Below, piece after piece: positions 7,215-10,921 of a DNA stretch of 10,921 nt (the first letter of the stretch is position 1; the number at the start of each line of letters is the position of its first letter). Origin of the DNA: Longimicrobiales bacterium (GTDB lineage Bacteria; Gemmatimonadota; Gemmatimonadetes; Longimicrobiales; Gaopeijiaceae); the NCBI GenBank assembly GCA_965197725.1, contig CBDANQ010000046.1:1-10921 (forward strand), read 5' to 3'. The notes beneath the pieces are model-generated. The model saw nothing but the letters and a program-made list of their open reading frames with translations, ran no database searches and had not been told where the DNA came from. The translations under genes were made by a program, and so were the position numbers.

Positions 7215-8059
7215 GTGATCTCACCGGGGAAGGGTCTGTCGCGGGTCCGGATTGCTCGCTTGGACGACGGCCATCTCGCCGACCGCATGGACGTCGTGAC
7301 GGTGGAGGAACCCCTCGAGATCCGGGTGGAGTTCACCCGAAACGGAGCGCGCGAGACGTCCGCGGTCTCTGTCACGATGCGAACGCCTGGCGACGACTTC
7401 GAGCTGGCGGCGGGATTCCTGTACGGCGAGGGACTCGTGCGTCGCCGGGAGGATGTCGCTGAGATCAGCTACTGCCAGACCGACGAGCCCCAGACGTACA
7501 ACATCGTCGCCGTGAAGCTGCGACCCGGGGCCCCCTTCGATCCGGACGCACTTTCTAGAAATTTCTACATGAGCTCGAGTTGTGGGGTGTGTGGGAAGGC
7601 CTCGTTGGAGGCGGTGGAGGTCCGAGGGTGCGAGCAGATCCCGGACGAGGGAGCCTGGACCCGGCGATTCTGAGTGGCCTGCCGGAGAAGCTCCGAGCCG
7701 AGCAGGGGCTCTTCGACCGGACGGGTGGCATCCACGCAGCAGGCCGCTTCGACGAATCAGGCGAACTCATCTCGGTGCGCGAGGACGTAGGGCGGCACAA
7801 TGCCGTCGACAAGATCGTGGGTCAGGCTTTTCTGGACGGTGAGCTTCCGATGGGAAGGACCATTCTCGCCGTCTCGGGACGGTCTTCCTTCGAGATCATG
7901 CAGAAGGCCTTGGCGGCGGGCATCCCCCTGGTCGTTGCCGTAGGGGCCCCCTCCAGCCTCGCGGTGGACCTGGCGCGGAGCTTCAACATGAGCCTTCTCG
8001 GCTTCACACGGTCCGATGGCTTCAACGTGTACGCGGGAGCGGGACGTATCGCGGGATGA
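7215..8059 (+). CDS. fdhD: Formate dehydrogenase accessory sulfurtransferase FdhD, interrupted by a frameshift at ~7649-7651
   Basis: N-half: VTVEEPLEI, TMRTPGDDFELAAGFLYGEG, SSSCGVCGK. C-half: FDRTGGIHAA, REDVGRHNAVDK, SGRSSFEIMQKA, APSSLAVDLA, LLGFTR, FNVY. The junction reads GAC GAG GG AGC CTG GAC, and adding one base gives 281 aa. GAGGA lies at 7201-7205. Confidence 0.92.
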
Positions 8060-8066
8060 GGGGGCG

Positions 8067-9476
8067 TTAAGTTCGCTTCGCCGCAGCGGACCTCGAAGAC
8101 CGCCACGCTGCCACGACCGCAAACGCTGCAGCAGAGGCCAAGACTCCGATCAGGCTGGAGTCCAGTAATGCGGAGGTGTCGGAGAGGCCTGAGAGCTCGA
8201 CCGAGATCAGTGTGACCACCCCGACGCCACAGGCGGCCATCGCCTCGGGAACGCCCGCTAGTCGGGTGTATAGACCGGCGACCAGTGGCACGAAGAGGCA
8301 GACCCCCATAAGGGCGTAGAAGATGCTTATCGCCCCAATGATCGAGGGCAACACGAGTGCCAGGAGCACACCCAGCGCTCCGCCCCCGACGGCGGCTCCA
8401 CGCGCCACTTTCAGCACTTGAGCGTCAGTCGCGTTCGGGCGTACGAACCGCTTGTAAAGATCCTTGGATAGAGACGTGGAAAGCATGAACAAGATTGCAT
8501 CGGCCGAGCTGATTTCCGCCGATACCACCGCCGCCAGCCCGAGGCTCCCCAATACGGTCGGGAGTCCTGTCGTCAACACCAGCATCAAGGCGTGTTCAAT
8601 ATCGACCAGGTCCGGGTCGTAGACCCTGGCGATCATGCCGAACAGGGGGGGCGCGATCGCGAACGCGAGAAGCGCCACGGCCGCGGCTCCCAGACCGACG
8701 CGGATCGCTCGCTCGTCCACCGCTCCATAGGCTTTTTGGATCAGCCCCGGGGAAACGATGAAGTTGGGGGCCACGAGTGCCAAGTAGATCCAGCCGGAAC
8801 TCCCTCCCTGCCCAAAACTCATGTAATCGCTCGTCTGGGGAGCGGCAGCGACCACGGCACTCCAGCCACCGGCGGCGATCAGGGCCCACGGTACCGCGAT
8901 CGCGAATCCCACCGTGAGCACCACGAGCTGCACCAGGTTCACCCACGCCGACGTGAGGAGGCCTCCGGCGGTGAAGTAGGCCGTCATCACGACGGCGCCC
9001 GTGAGGACACCCGCCCATTCGGGGACGCCCGTGACGAACTCCAGGATCTTGGCCAGGGCTATGAGCTGGGCGGCCAGGGCCGTCGGCGTTGCGATCCAAA
9101 GGAGGCTGGTGACTATGGCCCGTACCGACCTGCCGTAACGATGCTCGAGATAGTCGCCCACGGTGTAGAGCCCGTTTTTCGTCGCGACCCGCCAGATTCT
9201 TGGACCGATCCAGAAGGCCAAGATCGCTGTACCCACCGCCGCCGACCCCACCCACCACCAGGCCGAGAGCCCATCTCGATACCCGAGGCTGGCGGCCCCG
9301 ACCGTGCTGCCGACTCCGATGTTCGCGGCCAGCACGGTCGAAAACAGGAGTGCCGCGCTGAGCTGGCGATTGGCCACGAAGAAGCCCCCGCTGCTCTCGA
9401 CGCGCCGGCCGATCCATACGCCGAGTCCGATGAGCCCGGCTGCGTAGGCCAGGAGCAGTACGAGTGTGAGGTTCAA
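8067..9476 (-). CDS. Sodium:solute symporter (SSS, PutP/PanF-like) family transporter
   Basis: 469 aa, about 13 hydrophobic segments. FFVANRQL, AANIGVGSTVG, YTVGDYLEHRYG, YFTAGGLLTSAWVNLVQ, SAEISSADA, SLSKDLY. The TTG start has a poor RBS, so the exact start is uncertain. Confidence 0.92.
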   Translation of the reverse strand: MNLTLVLLLAYAAGLIGLGVWIGRRVESSGGFFVANRQLSAALLFSTVLAANIGVGSTVGAASLGYRDGLSAWWWVGSAAVGTAILAFWIGPRIWRVATKNGLYTVGDYLEHRYGRSVRAIVTSLLWIATPTALAAQLIALAKILEFVTGVPEWAGVLTGAVVMTAYFTAGGLLTSAWVNLVQLVVLTVGFAIAVPWALIAAGGWSAVVAAAPQTSDYMSFGQGGSSGWIYLALVAPNFIVSPGLIQKAYGAVDERAIRVGLGAAAVALLAFAIAPPLFGMIARVYDPDLVDIEHALMLVLTTGLPTVLGSLGLAAVVSAEISSADAILFMLSTSLSKDLYKRFVRPNATDAQVLKVARGAAVGGGALGVLLALVLPSIIGAISIFYALMGVCLFVPLVAGLYTRLAGVPEAMAACGVGVVTLISVELSGLSDTSALLDSSLIGVLASAAAFAVVAAWRSSRSAAAKRT

Positions 9477-9501
9477 TGGCTGCGGCGTCGGAGGGGGTCC
9501 T

Positions 9502-10569
9502 TCACCTGCTTATGGTCAAGTCGCTTGCGGCGGGGATCCCCGGAATCCCGGTAGCCGCCCGTACGGCCCGCACGATCGCCTCTGCCATCACGTCGGCCGC
9601 CAGGGCTCCGATCACCGATACCGAGGCGGACCCGGAGAAGGTGCCCAAGGCCAAAGAGAACACGGTGTCTCCGTCTCCAGGCGTGTGGGCGGGGTAGATC
9701 GTACGCGCCAGGCCATCCTGAGCCATCTGCGCGACCTTCGTGGCCTCGGCCTTCGTGAGTGTCGCGTTGGTCGCGACCACACCGATGGTCGTGTTGGCGC
9801 CGCCCTGGGGCTCGTTCAACGGTCCCTCCCGAAGCACCTTGCGTGCATCAGCGAGCGCACGTCCATCGGACGTACGAACCCCCGCGATGACCGACCCCGT
9901 CGCCGGATCGATGATGTCCCCCACAGCGTTGACCGCGACGATGGCCGCCACGGTGAGTCCGCTGTCGAGCGTGATCGAGGCCGTTCCGACACCGCCCTTC
10001 ATGGCGCGGTCCATGCCACGCAGTTTCCCGACCGTAGCGCCGGCGCCGGCGCCGATATTACCTTCGGCGGATGTCTCGCTGCTGGCGTGGGTCGCTGCGC
10101 GATAACCACAGTCCGCGCCGGGCCGGATGCGCGGGTCATCCCCGATCGACAAATCAAAGAGGATTGCGCCGACCACGATCGGTACGACGTTTGGCCCGAC
10201 CCGGTAGCCGATGTCCCGTTCGTCCAGATACCGTACGACTCCGCTCGCAGCGTCCAATCCGAATGCGCTGCCGCCGGAGAGCACGACCGCGTGCACTACC
10301 TGCACGGAATTCACCGGATCGAGTAGGGCGATCTCTCTCGTGCCCGGCGCGCCGCCACGGACGTCTACACCTCCCACGGCTCCGCCCTCGGCCAGCACCA
10401 CCGTGCAACCGGTCAGTCGCTCGCTCAGAGTAAAGTGACCGACCTTGAGACCGGGAATGGCCGTGAGCCCCCACGCAAGTTCCTGCGCCTGGGAGGGCGA
10501 TTGTATGCTCAGGAAGATCAGAGCGGCGCCTGCCACTGCGAGGAAGGCTGGGCCGAAGTGAGCTTTCAT
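9502..10569 (-). CDS. P1/S58 family (DmpA/NylC-like) self-processing amide hydrolase/aminopeptidase with Sec signal peptide
   Basis: 355 aa. Signal peptide MKAHFGPAFLAVAGAALIFLSIQSPSQA|Q. GLKVGH, TGCTV, DVRGGAPGTRE, LSGGSAFGL, EGNIGAGAGA, KGGVG, VNAVGD, N|TTIGVVATN, HTPGDGDTVF. GGGGG RBS upstream of the ATG. Confidence 0.92.
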   Translation of the reverse strand: MKAHFGPAFLAVAGAALIFLSIQSPSQAQELAWGLTAIPGLKVGHFTLSERLTGCTVVLAEGGAVGGVDVRGGAPGTREIALLDPVNSVQVVHAVVLSGGSAFGLDAASGVVRYLDERDIGYRVGPNVVPIVVGAILFDLSIGDDPRIRPGADCGYRAATHASSETSAEGNIGAGAGATVGKLRGMDRAMKGGVGTASITLDSGLTVAAIVAVNAVGDIIDPATGSVIAGVRTSDGRALADARKVLREGPLNEPQGGANTTIGVVATNATLTKAEATKVAQMAQDGLARTIYPAHTPGDGDTVFSLALGTFSGSASVSVIGALAADVMAEAIVRAVRAATGIPGIPAASDLTISR

Positions 10570-10579
10570 CTTTAACCCC

Positions 10580-10921
10580 CTAGAGTCCCACCGCGGCGAG
10601 TGCCGCTTTCACATTGTCCTCGTCGTCCTGGGACGACGCCCCGCTCGCGCCCACCGCACCCACCGTATAGCCGTCTCTTACGATCGGGACCGCACCCTGG
10701 AAGAACCGCAGCCGGCCACCCGTGGCCTCGTTCATGTTCTGATAGAGGGGAGAATTCGCCTGCTCCGCGAGGTCGGCGCTCGGCCGACCGAAGATCGCGG
10801 CGCCCATGGCCTTACCGATGGCCGTGTCCATGGTCGTGGGGCGCGCATCCGGCATCCGGGTGGCAGCGATCAGGTCGCCCCGACCGTCGACCACTGCAAT
10901 ACTGAGTCGAAGGTTCTTGCT
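10580..10921 (-). CDS. GlcG/HbpS-family (heme-binding) protein, 5' end outside the window
   Basis: The frame is open to the window edge: SKNLRLSIAVVDGRGDLIAATRMPDA...TAIGKAMGAAIFGRPS...GAVPIVRDGYTVGAVGASGASSQDDE, the characteristic GlcG/HbpS pattern. Confidence 0.9.
   Translation of the reverse strand, partial: SKNLRLSIAVVDGRGDLIAATRMPDARPTTMDTAIGKAMGAAIFGRPSADLAEQANSPLYQNMNEATGGRLRFFQGAVPIVRDGYTVGAVGASGASSQDDEDNVKAALAAVGL

Noticed and set aside
5911..7224. 437-aa minus-strand ORF
   Set aside because: It is an antisense mirror of the beta-barrel and lipoprotein cyclase genes, crosses a terminator, and has no recognisable domain.
7649..7673. Programmed frameshift or selenocysteine readthrough at TGA 7671-7673 in fdhD
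   Set aside because: There is no slippery heptamer, and FdhD homology continues in a different frame before the TGA, so readthrough would not restore the protein.
9531..9552. Palindrome and near-repeat GGGGATCCCCGGAATCCCGG
   Set aside because: It lies inside the hydrolase CDS and simply encodes GIPGIP.
8592..10326. Long plus-strand ORFs 8592..9554 and 9466..10326, and alternate-frame ORF 8596..9417
   Set aside because: These are antisense or alternate-frame shadows of the symporter and P1 hydrolase genes.
2130..10569. A nylB/nylC-like nylon-oligomer degradation island
   Set aside because: The serine hydrolase is a truncated generic beta-lactamase-family member 6.5 kb from the P1 hydrolase. 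No nylA-type amidase or IS elements are present.
1..10921. CRISPR arrays, tRNA/rRNA genes, transposases, integrases, defence systems
   Set aside because: None seen. Nearly all of the window is accounted for by metabolic and transport genes, and I found no spaced repeats by eye.

Overview
GC-rich bacterial chromosomal segment made of transport and amide/amine-catabolic genes. In order: the 3' part of a sugar-type ABC transporter operon (binding protein, permease, ATPase; +); an N-terminally truncated beta-lactamase-family serine hydrolase (-); a group II PLP-dependent decarboxylase (+); an exported cyclase-family metallohydrolase with a frameshift (-); a head-to-head junction of two start-less genes (small hypothetical protein on -, 8-stranded outer-membrane beta-barrel on +); a lipoprotein cyclase/kynurenine-formamidase-family gene followed 2 nt later by a frameshifted fdhD (+); and a convergent GlcG/HbpS protein - exported P1/S58 (DmpA/NylC-like) hydrolase - sodium:solute symporter operon (-). 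The beta-barrel points to a diderm host. The window has three single-base frameshifts at short homopolymers and two apparent deletion junctions (~2967, ~5798), which could be long-read/assembly noise or real gene decay. I saw no RNA genes, CRISPR arrays or mobile elements. The best biological leads are the cell-envelope amide-hydrolase modules (lipoprotein cyclase + fdhD; exported Ntn-type hydrolase + symporter). All family assignments come from motif recognition, not database searches.
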